Of a DNA stretch of 64,000 nt, positions 28,041-39,480 are shown piece by piece. The position numbers were made by a program, and so were the translations under genes. How positions within the stretch are numbered: position 1 is the stretch's first letter; each line of letters starts with the position of its first letter. The stretch comes from Patescibacteria group bacterium (GTDB lineage Bacteria; Patescibacteriota; Patescibacteriia; WFTA01; S139-112): NCBI GenBank assembly GCA_015485695.1, contig WFTB01000027.1, positions 20,183 through 84,182 of the forward strand, given 5' to 3'. Under the pieces are notes generated by a model. The model saw nothing but the letters and a program-made list of their open reading frames with translations. It ran no database searches and was not told the DNA's origin.

Positions 28041-29372
28041 TTAAAGATTATCTGTTGACTGTTCCTCGTCGATAATCAAATCGTTGTCCAATAATTTCAG
28101 TGCGGCGTCGAGTTGCGGGTCTTCTCCGGATTCGAATTGTTCTATGGTGCGTTCAACAAATAGGTCCGGTTCTATTCCCTCTCCGTCAATCTGATGTCCG
28201 AGAGGGGTGAGCCATCTCGCTATTGTGAGTTTGAGGGAAGAGCCGTCGGGGAAATTTGTCAAACTTTGTACGGACCCTTTGCCGAACGATTGTTCGCCGA
28301 CGAGTTTCGCGAGTCCGTAGTCTTGCAAAGCTCCGGCGAATATTTCGGAAGCCGAAGCCGACCCTCCGTTGATAAGAACCACGGTTGGAAAATCCTTAAG
28401 CTTACCCGAACCGCTTGAGAGATCGGGTTCTATTCGGTTTTCGGAGAATTTTTCTTGAACTATCACTTTGCCGGATTCGACCCAGAATCCGGTTATGTCG
28501 TTTGCTATATTTAGAAAACCGCCGGGATTGCTTCGAACATCCACTATAAAGGATTCCGCTCCGTTTGATAGAAGTTCGTTTATCGCGCTTGCGACTCGAG
28601 TGCCTGTATCCGCGTTGAAATTGGTCATCTTTATGTAACCGACTTTTTCGCCGTTTGGCGTTTGCTTGATTTCGCTTGTTACGGATACTATTTTGATAGT
28701 GTCTCGAACTATACCTATGTCAATAAAGTCCGGCTCTCCCTCTCGATACACTGTCAGTATAACTTCGGTGCCTTTTTTTCCGCGAATCCTGTTCACCGCA
28801 TCGTCTATGTTTATGTCTCTAGTGTCGAATCCGTCTATTTTCAATACTTTGTCTTGCGCTTTGAGACCGGCTTTTTCGGCGGGGGATTCGGGAAGCGGTG
28901 ATATTATGGTCAATACATTGTCTCTGATTCCTATTTCGGCTCCTATTCCTTCGAATTCGCCCGATAGTGTTTCGGTGAAGTTTTCGGCTATTACGGGTTT
29001 TAGAAACGCAGAAAACGGGTCGCCGATTGCCGTTACCATGCCTTGAACGGCTCCGTAGAAAAGTTCCGTTTCCGCAACCGGTCTGTCAACGTATTCGCTT
29101 TGTACCGTTTTCCACACATCCCAGAATATTTGGAATTGGACATCTTCGGAGTACCATGATGGGGGAGAAGCGTTTTTGCCGTTTACGATTCCGGATTCTC
29201 CGGAGTATTTGTATCCTCCGACTACGGTGTTCGGTATTTTGGAAGTTCGCCCGAAATCATATCCCAATAAAAAAACGACAATCATCGCGACTATCGATGC
29301 GTATACGTTAAAAGCTCGTTTGATTCGAGGTTTTTTCGGTTGTTGACGGTTTTGTTCTGTAAATCGTTCCAT
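28041..29372 (-). CDS. Carboxyl-terminal processing protease (S41, CtpA)
   Basis: GIGAEI PDZ, DVRSNPGG, SASASEIFAGAL, SFGKGSVQ. Confidence 0.95.
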   Translation of the reverse strand: MERFTEQNRQQPKKPRIKRAFNVYASIVAMIVVFLLGYDFGRTSKIPNTVVGGYKYSGESGIVNGKNASPPSWYSEDVQFQIFWDVWKTVQSEYVDRPVAETELFYGAVQGMVTAIGDPFSAFLKPVIAENFTETLSGEFEGIGAEIGIRDNVLTIISPLPESPAEKAGLKAQDKVLKIDGFDTRDINIDDAVNRIRGKKGTEVILTVYREGEPDFIDIGIVRDTIKIVSVTSEIKQTPNGEKVGYIKMTNFNADTGTRVASAINELLSNGAESFIVDVRSNPGGFLNIANDITGFWVESGKVIVQEKFSENRIEPDLSSGSGKLKDFPTVVLINGGSASASEIFAGALQDYGLAKLVGEQSFGKGSVQSLTNFPDGSSLKLTIARWLTPLGHQIDGEGIEPDLFVERTIEQFESGEDPQLDAALKLLDNDLIIDEEQSTDNL

Positions 29373-29458
29373 AACACGTTCATTCTATATCAATTGAGTA
29401 TTATCAGCAAATCGGATAGAATGAATCTGTGCCGATTCGCTTATTTGTCTCAATATTT

Positions 29459-30688
29459 ATGAAAATTTGTCTTATTAACAGTCTATATCCTCCGTATTCG
29501 CGCGGTGGGGCCGAAAACGTTACGCATGTGACCGCATTGTCGCTTCGTGATATGGGTTACGAAGTCTTGGTGATTACCACCGATGCGGAATCGTACATAT
29601 GGGATTTCAAACCATACAAACTTGAAATCAGAGAAGGGATAAAGGTGTGCAGGGTTCGGTCTTTTAACATGACAAGTTTCCATGATTATACGCGCAAGCC
29701 TCTTTGGTTCAGACTGATTTGGTTAGGGATTGATATGGTGAATCCTTTTCCCGCGCTTTCGGTAAGGAAAATTTTAAAAAAAGAAAGACCGGATATTGTA
29801 CATATGCACAATACCAGAGGTTTGTCGTATCTGATACCGCGCATCGTTAAAAAAATAGGTTTGAAAAGCGTGATGACTTTGCACGATATTCAATATGTTT
29901 ATCCGTCTGGTCTTTTAATCCGAGGGGAAGAAAAAGACTTAGTTAACACTTTCTTTTTGAGGAGATGGTATGAGGGTTTTTGCAAAATTTTGTTAAAATC
30001 TCCGGATGTTATCATTTTTCCGTCCAAGTGGTTGTCGGATTTTTACGCAGGTCGAGGATTTTTCAACGAGTCCGTAAAGGAATCGATGAGAAATCCGGTT
30101 AGTAAAAAACCGCGAAACGGTTATGCGAAACCTTTGAAAGATAAAAAATTAAACATATTGTATGTCGGTCAAGCGGAAAAGCACAAAGGAATTTTGTTCG
30201 CCGTTCGAAAGATGCAAAACATCTCCACCATGGAATTTCGACTTTCAATAGTGGGTGACGGATCTTTGATCGACGACATGCGTAGGGAATTCAAGGGAGA
30301 CGACAGATTCGTTTTTTACGGTCGCGTATCCCACAATGAGGTTGAAAGATTTTACAATATGGCTGACGCGCTCATTATGCCCACTTTGACGTATGAAAAC
30401 TCTCCGACCGTTATCGTCGAGGCGTTTTCTTCTTCCGTTCCGGTTATAGCGTCGAATATCGGCGGAATTCCGGAATTGGTCGCAGAAGGCGAGACGGGCT
30501 GGCTTTTTGAAGCGGGAGACGGTGATTCGCTTGTTACGACGCTGAAAAGGGCGAAATCGGACATTGGCGATGTCGAAGTTTTGAATCACATGAAAAAACG
30601 ATGTTTGGAGGAATCTTTGAAATCGGATTCCAAAAAATACGCGAACCGTCTTGTGAATATTTATTCCGATTTGAACGTTAGTCGGTGA
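29459..30688 (+). CDS. Glycosyltransferase family 4
   Basis: YPPYSRGGAE, PDIVHMHN, ENSPTVIVEA, GGIPELV. Confidence 0.9.
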   Translation: MKICLINSLYPPYSRGGAENVTHVTALSLRDMGYEVLVITTDAESYIWDFKPYKLEIREGIKVCRVRSFNMTSFHDYTRKPLWFRLIWLGIDMVNPFPALSVRKILKKERPDIVHMHNTRGLSYLIPRIVKKIGLKSVMTLHDIQYVYPSGLLIRGEEKDLVNTFFLRRWYEGFCKILLKSPDVIIFPSKWLSDFYAGRGFFNESVKESMRNPVSKKPRNGYAKPLKDKKLNILYVGQAEKHKGILFAVRKMQNISTMEFRLSIVGDGSLIDDMRREFKGDDRFVFYGRVSHNEVERFYNMADALIMPTLTYENSPTVIVEAFSSSVPVIASNIGGIPELVAEGETGWLFEAGDGDSLVTTLKRAKSDIGDVEVLNHMKKRCLEESLKSDSKKYANRLVNIYSDLNVSR

Positions 30689-30771
30689 TGACGTTTTCTC
30701 CGGTTTTTTTGATGAATGTTTCGTGTTTTTAATCTTCAATCGAATGACTTTTGCAATCGATTGCAAAAGTC

Positions 30772-30832
30772 TTGACAACGGTCTTTGTAGTGTTGTATAG
30801 TGATTTTAGCAGTCTGATAGAGGGAGTGCTAA
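30772..30832 (+). promoter_or_regulatory. Promoter and CIRCE operator (30806-30832)
   Basis: TTGACA-18-TATAGT then TTAGCAGTC-N9-GAGTGCTAA (one mismatch to CIRCE) upstream of hrcA. Confidence 0.92.
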
Positions 30833-30951
30833 AATGTCTGATTTGATTATCGGCTGTGAAAGTTTGAACGGTTTCAATATAATTGTTTGTCAATGGTAAA
30901 TGCGCGTTTGAGCTGGATTGTTAAGGGGAGCGTCATGTTCGTTTTTGATTT

Positions 30952-31647
30952 ATGGATGAGAGAAAAAAACAATTGTTGATGTACATAGTTGAAGATTACA
31001 TAGCCTCGGCGGAACCCGTGTCATCCGGTCAATTGGTCGAGAAATATGAAATAGGCGTATCATCCGCGACAGTGCGCAATGACATGGCGTCTCTCGAACA
31101 AGACGGGTATCTGATAAGTCCGCACACTTCGTCCGGTCGCATACCGACCGAGCTTGGGTATAAGGCGTATTTTGAGTTCAAGAGTGATTCGGGTAAAATA
31201 CTAAACGCATCGGAGCAAAAGAGAATAGAAAAGGCGTATACTCTGGCGTGTGATGAGCGAAATCAGTTGAAGTCCGCGGCGCGCGCCCTTGCCGATGTGG
31301 CTGACGGAGCGGTAATTGTCGGTTTTGACAGAAACGATGTATACTATACCGGCATTTCTCACTTGTTCTCTCAGCCCGAGTTTTGCCAGCCTCACATAAT
31401 ATACGGCATAGGCGCCGTGGTCGACAGGCTTGAGGAGCGTATTTCGGAGATGTTCTCAAGCGTTCGGGAGAATGTGACCGTCCGAATCGGCTCTGATAAT
31501 CCGTTTTCCGATGAGTGCAGTTTCATAGGATTTACTTTTGTCAAGGACAGGTGTGAACATCTCTTCGGTCTTATGGGTCCCATGAGAATGAATTATCTAA
31601 AAAACGTCGCACGTTTGAGTTATGTTAGAAAACTATTTACGAATTAA
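30952..31647 (+). CDS. hrcA: Heat-inducible transcription repressor HrcA (short form)
   Basis: SSATVRNDM..LE..GYL.SPHTSSGRIPT, GPMRMNY. Confidence 0.93.
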   Translation: MDERKKQLLMYIVEDYIASAEPVSSGQLVEKYEIGVSSATVRNDMASLEQDGYLISPHTSSGRIPTELGYKAYFEFKSDSGKILNASEQKRIEKAYTLACDERNQLKSAARALADVADGAVIVGFDRNDVYYTGISHLFSQPEFCQPHIIYGIGAVVDRLEERISEMFSSVRENVTVRIGSDNPFSDECSFIGFTFVKDRCEHLFGLMGPMRMNYLKNVARLSYVRKLFTN

Positions 31648-31653
31648 TTTGGT

Positions 31654-32184
31654 ATGGCAAACAAAAAAAAGGATTCGAAAAAAACAACAAACTCCGAAGA
31701 TACCGAGAAAAACGCTTCGGAAATCGACAACTTGAAAAAACAAATAGAAGAGTTAAAACTTGAATCCGAAAAAAATTTAAACGGGTGGAAGCGGGCTCAG
31801 GCCGATTATCAGAATTATCTGAAAAACGCCGGTCGCGACAGAGAGCGATTCGAAAAAATAACAACGATTTCCATTTTGACTCGATTTTTCCCATTGCACA
31901 GGAATTTGTCATTGGCTCTTGAGCACACCCCGGAAGAATACAAAGAAAATGAATGGGTTCGCGGAATAGAACAAATATTCAAGCAGTCTGAAGCGCTTCT
32001 TAACGAATTCGGCGTTGAACAAATAAAGACTGAAGGAGAAAAGTTTGACCCCGAGTTTCATGAAGCAATATCCAAGGAAAAACACGACTCAAAACAAACG
32101 GGAGATATAATAAGAGAAGTTTCCCCCGGATACATGTTAAATGGAGAGACGATAGTACCTTCACAGGTGGTGGTCGCCGAATAA
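31654..32184 (+). CDS. grpE: Nucleotide exchange factor GrpE
   Basis: RAQADYQNY, FDPEFHEA, GYML. Confidence 0.95.
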   Translation: MANKKKDSKKTTNSEDTEKNASEIDNLKKQIEELKLESEKNLNGWKRAQADYQNYLKNAGRDRERFEKITTISILTRFFPLHRNLSLALEHTPEEYKENEWVRGIEQIFKQSEALLNEFGVEQIKTEGEKFDPEFHEAISKEKHDSKQTGDIIREVSPGYMLNGETIVPSQVVVAE

Positions 32185-32321
32185 CATGATAGCAAATCAC
32201 AGGTTTAGAATCCCGGATTGCATTTTAGAATTAAAAATCAAATTTGAAATGCTAGATATTAGTAAAATTAGATAAGTCGCACTTAGTTTTAACTTAAGAT
32301 AATCAGTTAATCAAAACACAT

Positions 32322-32741
32322 ATGGCTATTATAAAATGGACACCCATGATTGATTCTTTACAAGATGTTGATAATTTGCTCGGAGAGTTTAGGGGTTTGA
32401 ATTCTTCCGGTTTGGTGCCGGCAATAGACATATACGAAGATCAAGACTCCATAATCGCCGAAGCACCTCTCCCGGGTATTGACATAAAAGACGTTAAAGT
32501 TTCGGTTGAGAACGATACTCTGACCATAGAAGGCTCAAGCAAAAAGAGCACGGAGATAGATGAGAAGAATTATTATAGAAAAGAGATTCGCTCCGGTTCG
32601 TTTCACAGAGTTGTTCAGTTGCCCGTCGCGGTTGACGGATCGAAAACTCGCGGAACATATGAAGATGGTGTCTTGAAGGTTGTGATGCCGAAACGAGATG
32701 AATTAAAATCAAAGACGATAGATATAGAAATTAAAAAATAA
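32322..32741 (+). CDS. Hsp20/alpha-crystallin small heat-shock protein
   Basis: PAIDIYE, LPGI, EIRSGSFHR, YEDGVLKV.MPK. Confidence 0.93.
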   Translation: MAIIKWTPMIDSLQDVDNLLGEFRGLNSSGLVPAIDIYEDQDSIIAEAPLPGIDIKDVKVSVENDTLTIEGSSKKSTEIDEKNYYRKEIRSGSFHRVVQLPVAVDGSKTRGTYEDGVLKVVMPKRDELKSKTIDIEIKK

Positions 32742-32770
32742 TAGCGCGGTATTTACCGATTTTAAACCGT

Positions 32771-33094
32771 ATGCACCAAAATTCAATGTTAAGACAATCG
32801 CAACAACTTAATCCTGAATGTCCAATCTGCAATCATAAATACGATATACAGAGAATTCAAATTTTGGACGAAAACGAACAAGGCGTTTTGACGCACTTTT
32901 CGTGCAAGAATTGTTTTGCTTCGTTTCTTGCGACAATAGTCGAAACTCCGTTCGGACACATGGCCTCCGGGCTTTTAACGGACCTTTGCGCCGATGAAGT
33001 TCTGAAATTCGCGGAGCAAGACACGATAAACAATGACGATGTTCTTGAGATTCACGAGATGCTGGAAAAAAATCAATTCAATTTTAATGAGTAA
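32771..33094 (+). CDS. Hypothetical Zn-ribbon protein
   Basis: CPIC...HFSCKNC, C-terminal DDVLEIH. Confidence 0.7.
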   Translation: MHQNSMLRQSQQLNPECPICNHKYDIQRIQILDENEQGVLTHFSCKNCFASFLATIVETPFGHMASGLLTDLCADEVLKFAEQDTINNDDVLEIHEMLEKNQFNFNE

Positions 33095-33148
33095 CGCGCT
33101 TTTCATGCGTAAAACAGACTTATTTGTAATAGATTAATTTGAAACAAT

Positions 33149-35065
33149 ATGAGCAAAATACTTGGAATAGACTTGGGTACGACGAATTCCGCCGTAGCGA
33201 TAATGGAAGGCGGAAAACCCAAAATTTTGGAAAACAAAGAAGGAAACAGAACCACTCCTTCAATGGTTGCCATTAACAAAAACGGAGAAAGACTGGTGGG
33301 GCAACTCGCCAAGCGTCAATCCGTGACGAACCCGGAAAACACTCTTTTTTCGGTAAAGCGTTTAATCGGTCGCAGGTTTGATGATGAAGAGGTGCAACAT
33401 GCGATGAAGGTTTTGCCTTACAAAATAGTAAAGTCCGGAGATGGGGTGAAAGTCGTAATGAACGGAAAGGAATATACTCCACAGGAAATCTCCGCGATGA
33501 TTTTGCAAAAACTGAAAACCGACGCCGAAGAAAAGCTTGGGGAGAAAATAACTGAGGCGGTAATAACGGTTCCCGCGTATTTTGACGACGCTCAGAGAAA
33601 AGCGACCAAAGAAGCCGGAGAAATAGCCGGATTGAAAGTTGATCGCTTGGTCAATGAGCCCACTGCGGCGGCTCTGGCATATGGATTCGAAAAAAAATCC
33701 GGACAGCAAATAATAGTTTATGATCTGGGAGGGGGAACTTTTGATGTTTCGGTTCTTGATATTTCAGATGATACTGTTGAGGTTAAATCAACCGCCGGAG
33801 ACACATTTCTCGGTGGAAACGATTTTGACAGGGTTATCATAGACTGGATTGTCGATGAGTTTAAGAAAGACCAAGGCATAGACCTGTCCGGCGACCCTCT
33901 CGCTATGCAACGCGTGAACGAGTCCGCCGAAAAAGCCAAAATAGAACTTTCGTCCGCGCAAGAAACGGAAATCAATCAACCGTTTATAACGACGGACGAG
34001 GCGGGACCAAAGCACCTTCAAATCACTTTGAAGCGTTCGAAACTCGAGGAGCTTGTCTCAGACCTTGTTGACAAGACTTTTGATTCTGTGAAACAAGCAT
34101 TAAAAGACGCCGATTTGGAAGCAAAAGACATAGAAGAGGTCATATTGGTCGGAGGAATGACTCGAATGCCTCTTGTTCAGAAGAAAGTTGAAGAGTTTTT
34201 CGGCAAAAAACCGAACATTTCGGTAAACCCCGACGAAGTGGTGGCATCCGGCGCCGCGGTTCAGGCCGGTGTCTTGCAGGGTGACGTTAAAGACGTATTG
34301 CTTTTGGACGTGACACCGCTTACTCTCGGTCTTGAAACCATGGGAGGGGTATCGACACCTCTTATAGAACGCAATACGACCATACCGACTTCGAAGTCGC
34401 AAATATTTTCAACCGCCGCGGACAACCAACCTTCTGTGGAGATTCATGTATTGCAAGGAGAAAGACCCATGGCGGCGGACAATAAAACCTTAGGTAGATT
34501 CATATTGGACGGCATTCCACCCGCTCCGAGAGGTACTCCTCAGATTGAAGTTACGTTTGATATTGACGCTAACGGAATTTTGACCGTAAAAGCCAAGGAT
34601 AAAGCCACCGGAAAAGAACAGCATATAACCATTACCGGATCAACGGGTCTTTCGGAAGAAGAAATAAACAAAATGAAAGAAGACGCGAAGGTTCACGAAG
34701 AAGAGGATAAAAAGAAAAAAGAGCTTATAGAAGCCAGGAACTTGGCGGATTCTCTTGTGTTCCAAACCGAGAAAGCTATTGAAGAAGCCGGGGATAAAGT
34801 TGGCGACGATGTTAAGAAGCCGATTGAAGAAAAACTGGAGGAACTCAAGAAAGTAAAGGATGGAGACGATATCGAAGCCATAAAAAACGCTACGAATGAA
34901 TTGACCGGTGTGGCGCAAAAGCTCGGAGAAGCCATGTATGCTAAATCTCAAACCGCGGAAGGTTCTGAATCAACCGATGAAGAATCAAAAGACGATCAAG
35001 GAAAAGAAAAAGACGCCGTAGAGGCGGATTTCGAAGAGGTTAAAGATGACGATAACAATAAATAA
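33149..35065 (+). CDS. dnaK: Chaperone DnaK
   Basis: [33 protein letters not shown]. Confidence 0.99.
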   Translation: MSKILGIDLGTTNSAVAIMEGGKPKILENKEGNRTTPSMVAINKNGERLVGQLAKRQSVTNPENTLFSVKRLIGRRFDDEEVQHAMKVLPYKIVKSGDGVKVVMNGKEYTPQEISAMILQKLKTDAEEKLGEKITEAVITVPAYFDDAQRKATKEAGEIAGLKVDRLVNEPTAAALAYGFEKKSGQQIIVYDLGGGTFDVSVLDISDDTVEVKSTAGDTFLGGNDFDRVIIDWIVDEFKKDQGIDLSGDPLAMQRVNESAEKAKIELSSAQETEINQPFITTDEAGPKHLQITLKRSKLEELVSDLVDKTFDSVKQALKDADLEAKDIEEVILVGGMTRMPLVQKKVEEFFGKKPNISVNPDEVVASGAAVQAGVLQGDVKDVLLLDVTPLTLGLETMGGVSTPLIERNTTIPTSKSQIFSTAADNQPSVEIHVLQGERPMAADNKTLGRFILDGIPPAPRGTPQIEVTFDIDANGILTVKAKDKATGKEQHITITGSTGLSEEEINKMKEDAKVHEEEDKKKKELIEARNLADSLVFQTEKAIEEAGDKVGDDVKKPIEEKLEELKKVKDGDDIEAIKNATNELTGVAQKLGEAMYAKSQTAEGSESTDEESKDDQGKEKDAVEADFEEVKDDDNNK

Positions 35066-35124
35066 TAAATTATGATTTTGACGGATTCATATTTGAATAT
35101 CAAAATCTGTTACTTGAAAATATT

Positions 35125-35421
35125 ATGTCCAACGAACAAAATCAGGTCAAAATGCAAATAAAGATGTCCGATGACGTGCTTAAGGGAACGTATGCTAACG
35201 CCATGCAAATAGGGCACACGCAAGAAGAATTCGTTGTGGATTTCATGAATCTGTCTCCAAGACAAGGCATAGGTATTGTAAGCTCTCGCGTCATAATATC
35301 CCCGGGTCACCTTAAAAGAATAATATCCGCCATGCAAGACAATCTTAAGCGATACGAAAACCAGTTCGGAGAAATTAAAGAAGCCTCTCAACCCGATGGA
35401 ATAGGTTTTAAGGCCGAATAG
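35125..35421 (+). CDS. DUF3467-like protein
   Basis: GTYAN...HTQEEFVVDF...SRVIISPGHLKR...YE..FGEI. Confidence 0.75.
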   Translation: MSNEQNQVKMQIKMSDDVLKGTYANAMQIGHTQEEFVVDFMNLSPRQGIGIVSSRVIISPGHLKRIISAMQDNLKRYENQFGEIKEASQPDGIGFKAE

Positions 35422-35521
35422 ATTAATTGTAATTAAATTTTGCGTGAGTGGGTAATCGCGCGGTTTGGGACTAGCGTTTCACGCGTCGCATTCATCGAAT
35501 CCTTTGTGTATTGATTATTTT

Positions 35522-36616
35522 ATGTCTGATTATTATAGCGTGCTGGGCGTCAGTAAAAACGCCGATAAAGACGAAATTAAAAAAGCGTTCCGTAAGCTTG
35601 CTCACAAATATCACCCCGATAAGGACGGTGGCGACGAAGCCAAATTCAAAGAAGTCAACGAAGCCTATCAAGTTCTCTCGGATGATAAAAAGAGACAACA
35701 GTATGATCGGTTTGGTCAGACTTTTGATGGCGCTGGACAGCAATACGCGAACATGAATTGGGACGATTTCGCATCTCAGTTCGGAGACATGTTCGGGGGC
35801 GGTGGCGGAGTTGGCGGGTTTGATTTCGGCGACATATTCGCCCAAGCTTTCGGCGGACAAAGAGCCGGCTCTCGTCGTCAATCTTCAGTTCGCGGGCAAG
35901 ATGTTGAGATGAGTATGAATATAGATTTTCGCACGGCGGTTTTCGGAGACGAAAAGACGGTCTCTGCTAACATGTTGCAAACATGCGATGTTTGCGACGG
36001 TGACGGCGCCGAGCCGGGATCGAAGATAATAACCTGTCCGGAGTGTAAAGGTTCCGGGCATGTTATTCACGACCAGCGCAGTATTCTCGGAATGATTAGG
36101 CAACAAGTAACATGCCGAACATGCAAAGGACAGGGGAATAAGCCGGAACGATTTTGCAAATCTTGTCACGGTCAAGGAAGGAGAGTCGCAGATAAGAAAA
36201 TAAAAGTAAAAATCCCCGCCGGAATAGACGACGGGCAAGCTATAAAGCTTTCCGGGCAAGGAGAGGCGGGAATGAACGGAGCTTCTCCCGGTGATTTGTT
36301 TATAAGATTTAACGTTTCAAAGGACAAGGAATTCGAAAGACAAGGATATGATATATATAAATCTTTGCACATAAGTTTTACGGATGCGGCTCTCGGGGAA
36401 ACTATTCGAGTAAATACTCTCGACGGTCCGGTTGATTTGAAAATTCCACCCGGAACTCAATCCGGACAAATCCTCAAACTGAAAGGAAAAGGCGTTCCGC
36501 ATCTTGGAGCGCCGAACAGAAGGGGAGACCAGCTGGTGATGATTCATGTGGATGTTCCGAAAAGACTTAGCAGAAAACAGAAGAAATTATTGGAAGAGTT
36601 TAAGAAAATCAGCTAA
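35522..36616 (+). CDS. dnaJ: Chaperone DnaJ
   Basis: J domain HPD, G/F region, four CxxCxGxG repeats. Confidence 0.98.
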   Translation: MSDYYSVLGVSKNADKDEIKKAFRKLAHKYHPDKDGGDEAKFKEVNEAYQVLSDDKKRQQYDRFGQTFDGAGQQYANMNWDDFASQFGDMFGGGGGVGGFDFGDIFAQAFGGQRAGSRRQSSVRGQDVEMSMNIDFRTAVFGDEKTVSANMLQTCDVCDGDGAEPGSKIITCPECKGSGHVIHDQRSILGMIRQQVTCRTCKGQGNKPERFCKSCHGQGRRVADKKIKVKIPAGIDDGQAIKLSGQGEAGMNGASPGDLFIRFNVSKDKEFERQGYDIYKSLHISFTDAALGETIRVNTLDGPVDLKIPPGTQSGQILKLKGKGVPHLGAPNRRGDQLVMIHVDVPKRLSRKQKKLLEEFKKIS

Positions 36617-36758
36617 TCGCTGATTTTTTTAATCGGCGATAAAAATAACGTATCTGTTTTGTGAATATAAAATTTGGAATAAACATGAATTGTTGATTAA
36701 AATCTCTTAAAATTGTAATATTACAAAAGAGTAATAAAAAGTATATTTAGGTATCGGT

Positions 36759-37838
36759 ATGAAAAAATATTTATTTGTTTTGTTTTTGGCGCTCGCTTTG
36801 CTTTCGGGGAATTTCGCTTATGCGGCGGGAGATAACGATTTGGACTTGTCGGGGGTCGTTCCGACTTTGTTGAGAGTTGAAGATTCCGGCAAATCGGATT
36901 CTTCGCGAATAATCGATTCCGTGCGCGGGCGAATCGTTCTTCAGGTGGAAGATTTGGGTGAAGCGTGGTATGTTGACCCCGTATCAGGTGAAAGATATTA
37001 TTTAAGAGACGGCAAAGCCGTCATGATCATATTGAGAACTCTAGGTCTCGGTATTTCAGAAAACGATTTTTCCAGATTAAAATCCGGAGATTCGGGTTTG
37101 ATTGAAAAACTGAAAGGGCGAATACTTATTCGCGCGGAAAAAGACGGCGAAGCGTATTACCTTAACCCAAAGGATAACGGGTTAAATTACCTTTATGACG
37201 GCGATTCGGCTTATAAGATTATGACGGATTTCGGTATCGGCATATCGACCGCGGATTTATCTCAAATACCGATATCCACCAAAAGCGCCTATGGAGCATC
37301 GGCTGTATTCGACGAAGAATATCGCGATGGAGCGGTTTCGAGATTTGATTCGGGAATCAACCCGAAGAACGTGACAAGAAGCGTGTTGGCTCATTATTGG
37401 GCGGAAAAAATCAATCGTCTTCGGCGAGAACGCGGTGAGCCTCAGTTGAAGATGAGCAGACCGTTGGTTGACACCGCTACAGAATGGGCGATAGAGATTG
37501 GAAAGTCCGGAGATCCTTCATTGGAAAGACCTAATGATCAAGTTGTTCATGATTGGATTGGGACTCGTTTGCTTGCTGATGAGTTTTACGAGTTAAATGA
37601 TAGATTCTTTTTGGAGCAAATAGGCTGGACTACCATGGAAGACTCGATTAGAGGGGGTTACGAAGCTCTTGACGCTATATTTGAAAACTTTATGGAAAAA
37701 ACGACAAGTCCAAGCGGATATAATCCGGTTCTGTCTTCCGCATGGGACAATATCGGCGTTGGGTTTTATTTCAAAAACACGCACGACAACAACATCATGA
37801 TGTACATGGTCGCGCACTTGGCGAATTTTGAAGATTAA
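36759..37838 (+). CDS. Secreted protein with two GRI.LQVE..GEAWY repeats and a CAP-like domain
   Basis: Signal peptide; internal repeat; INRLRRERG..L, WDNIGVG. Confidence 0.7.
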   Translation: MKKYLFVLFLALALLSGNFAYAAGDNDLDLSGVVPTLLRVEDSGKSDSSRIIDSVRGRIVLQVEDLGEAWYVDPVSGERYYLRDGKAVMIILRTLGLGISENDFSRLKSGDSGLIEKLKGRILIRAEKDGEAYYLNPKDNGLNYLYDGDSAYKIMTDFGIGISTADLSQIPISTKSAYGASAVFDEEYRDGAVSRFDSGINPKNVTRSVLAHYWAEKINRLRRERGEPQLKMSRPLVDTATEWAIEIGKSGDPSLERPNDQVVHDWIGTRLLADEFYELNDRFFLEQIGWTTMEDSIRGGYEALDAIFENFMEKTTSPSGYNPVLSSAWDNIGVGFYFKNTHDNNIMMYMVAHLANFED

Positions 37839-37886
37839 ATCTTTGTATGGCATATAGCGCCCTCCTTTATTTCCATATCGCATTTC

Positions 37887-38534
37887 ATGGTTTCCAAAAG
37901 AAAACAGGCAATTGAAGCACTTTCGCGTTTACGAAAAACGTACCCCGTTACCGGACCTTTCGTTGAGTGGTCGAATCCTCTAGAACTTGTCATTGCGACC
38001 GTTCTATCCGCGCAATGTACGGATAAACAAGTGAACAAAGTGACTCGGTCTTTGTTCCTAAAATACAAAACGGCGTCAGACTACGCTCAAGCGAATTTAA
38101 AAACGCTTGAGAAAGAAATTTACAGCACCGGTTTTTATAGAAGCAAGGCGAAATATCTGAAGCGTATAGGTGAAATACTTGTAGAAAAACACGATGGCAA
38201 AGTCCCCGACGACCTTGCCGACCTTCTCAAGCTTCCAGGAGTCTCGAATAAGACGGCGTATCTTGTTCTGGCGAAAGGATTCGGTAAACAAGTCGGCGTA
38301 TCGGTGGATACACATGTAAAGCGAATAGCGCCAAGACTTGGACTTGTCAAAGAAAACATCGGCGCGGATGCCATAAGCGACGAATTGGGTAAAATTTTCG
38401 ACCCGGAAGATTACCTTGACGTTAATGAGTATTTTATAACGCACGGCAGGGCGGTGTGCGTTCGCGTTCCGAAATGCGATAAATGCAATCTTAGAGATAT
38501 TTGCGAATACGGACGCTTGAAAAAGATTCGCTAA
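37887..38534 (+). CDS. nth: Endonuclease III
   Basis: LSAQCTDKQVN, HhH LPGV, VDTHV, C-X5-C-X2-C-X5-C. Confidence 0.95.
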   Translation: MVSKRKQAIEALSRLRKTYPVTGPFVEWSNPLELVIATVLSAQCTDKQVNKVTRSLFLKYKTASDYAQANLKTLEKEIYSTGFYRSKAKYLKRIGEILVEKHDGKVPDDLADLLKLPGVSNKTAYLVLAKGFGKQVGVSVDTHVKRIAPRLGLVKENIGADAISDELGKIFDPEDYLDVNEYFITHGRAVCVRVPKCDKCNLRDICEYGRLKKIR

Positions 38535-38663
38535 GAATAATTTTTTCTTTTTTGCGATTTATTTGTTATAATTTAAGCGCAACAGTTGACCGAATGAGGA
38601 TTGGCTGTATTTTATTGTTTTTATCAATCAAATCCTTCGAATGGAAGGTTAATCGTAAAACAC

Positions 38664-39017
38664 ATGAAAAAACTACAAGAAGTTTTCAATCGTATCGCAA
38701 AGTCGAAAAAAAGCAAAAAAGACATTATGGATCAATATCGCGACGCTCTGGATAACAATGCCGAGTACAATAAAATAAAAGAAAAGATAAAACGATTAAG
38801 AGATGAGAAAAAATCAATAGAAATGATGGTTCAGGCGCAAATGGGGAATGCTTGGACGGCGCTTGAGAATTTAAAGGAAGACATTCAGTCGGACACGGAG
38901 CTTTTGTCGGACATTGCGGTAACCCAGCTTATGGAAGGCGAATCATTGGAAGTTAAAGATGACAATGAAAACGAGTATGAACCGCAATTTACGGTTCGAT
39001 TCAAAAAAATACGATAA
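38664..39017 (+). CDS. Conserved-looking coiled-coil hypothetical protein
   Basis: MKKLQEVFNRI...YEPQFTVRFKK. Confidence 0.7.
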   Translation: MKKLQEVFNRIAKSKKSKKDIMDQYRDALDNNAEYNKIKEKIKRLRDEKKSIEMMVQAQMGNAWTALENLKEDIQSDTELLSDIAVTQLMEGESLEVKDDNENEYEPQFTVRFKKIR

Positions 39018-39150
39018 TAGTCGGGTGTTTTCACCAATGGTTTGTTTCGGTTGAATTTCGCACGCTTTACCCGATGGTCGTATTCCATAAGATTGCTTTT
39101 TCCCGAGTATTTAGTAGTATGTTTATATGTTGAACTATTTTTCTTAAATT

Positions 39151-39468
39151 ATGTCGGGTAAATGGATAAACAAACGAAGCAATAAGAATGCCAATTCTTT
39201 TCGTGGCAGAAGACCGAAGAAACAATCTCAAAAAAACAAGAAAAACTCCAAAAAACGCCCATCAGTAAGCTCTTTCAGACCCTATGTGGAAGACCCGGAG
39301 GAGGTTGCCGAATATACAAATCGAAACATAAATCTTGATCCGGATCCGGATAATCAGGAGGCTCGGATTGCGAAGTTGACAAAAGAAATGGAAATCTTGG
39401 AAAAAGATTTGGCGCCACTGACCGATCAAGAAAAAAGAGGAATTCGTGAAATTCTAAAAGAAGACTAA
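39151..39468 (+). CDS. Hypothetical basic/disordered protein
   Basis: 105-aa ORF in operon orientation. Confidence 0.55.
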   Translation: MSGKWINKRSNKNANSFRGRRPKKQSQKNKKNSKKRPSVSSFRPYVEDPEEVAEYTNRNINLDPDPDNQEARIAKLTKEMEILEKDLAPLTDQEKRGIREILKED

Positions 39469-39480
39469 CGCCCGGCATCG

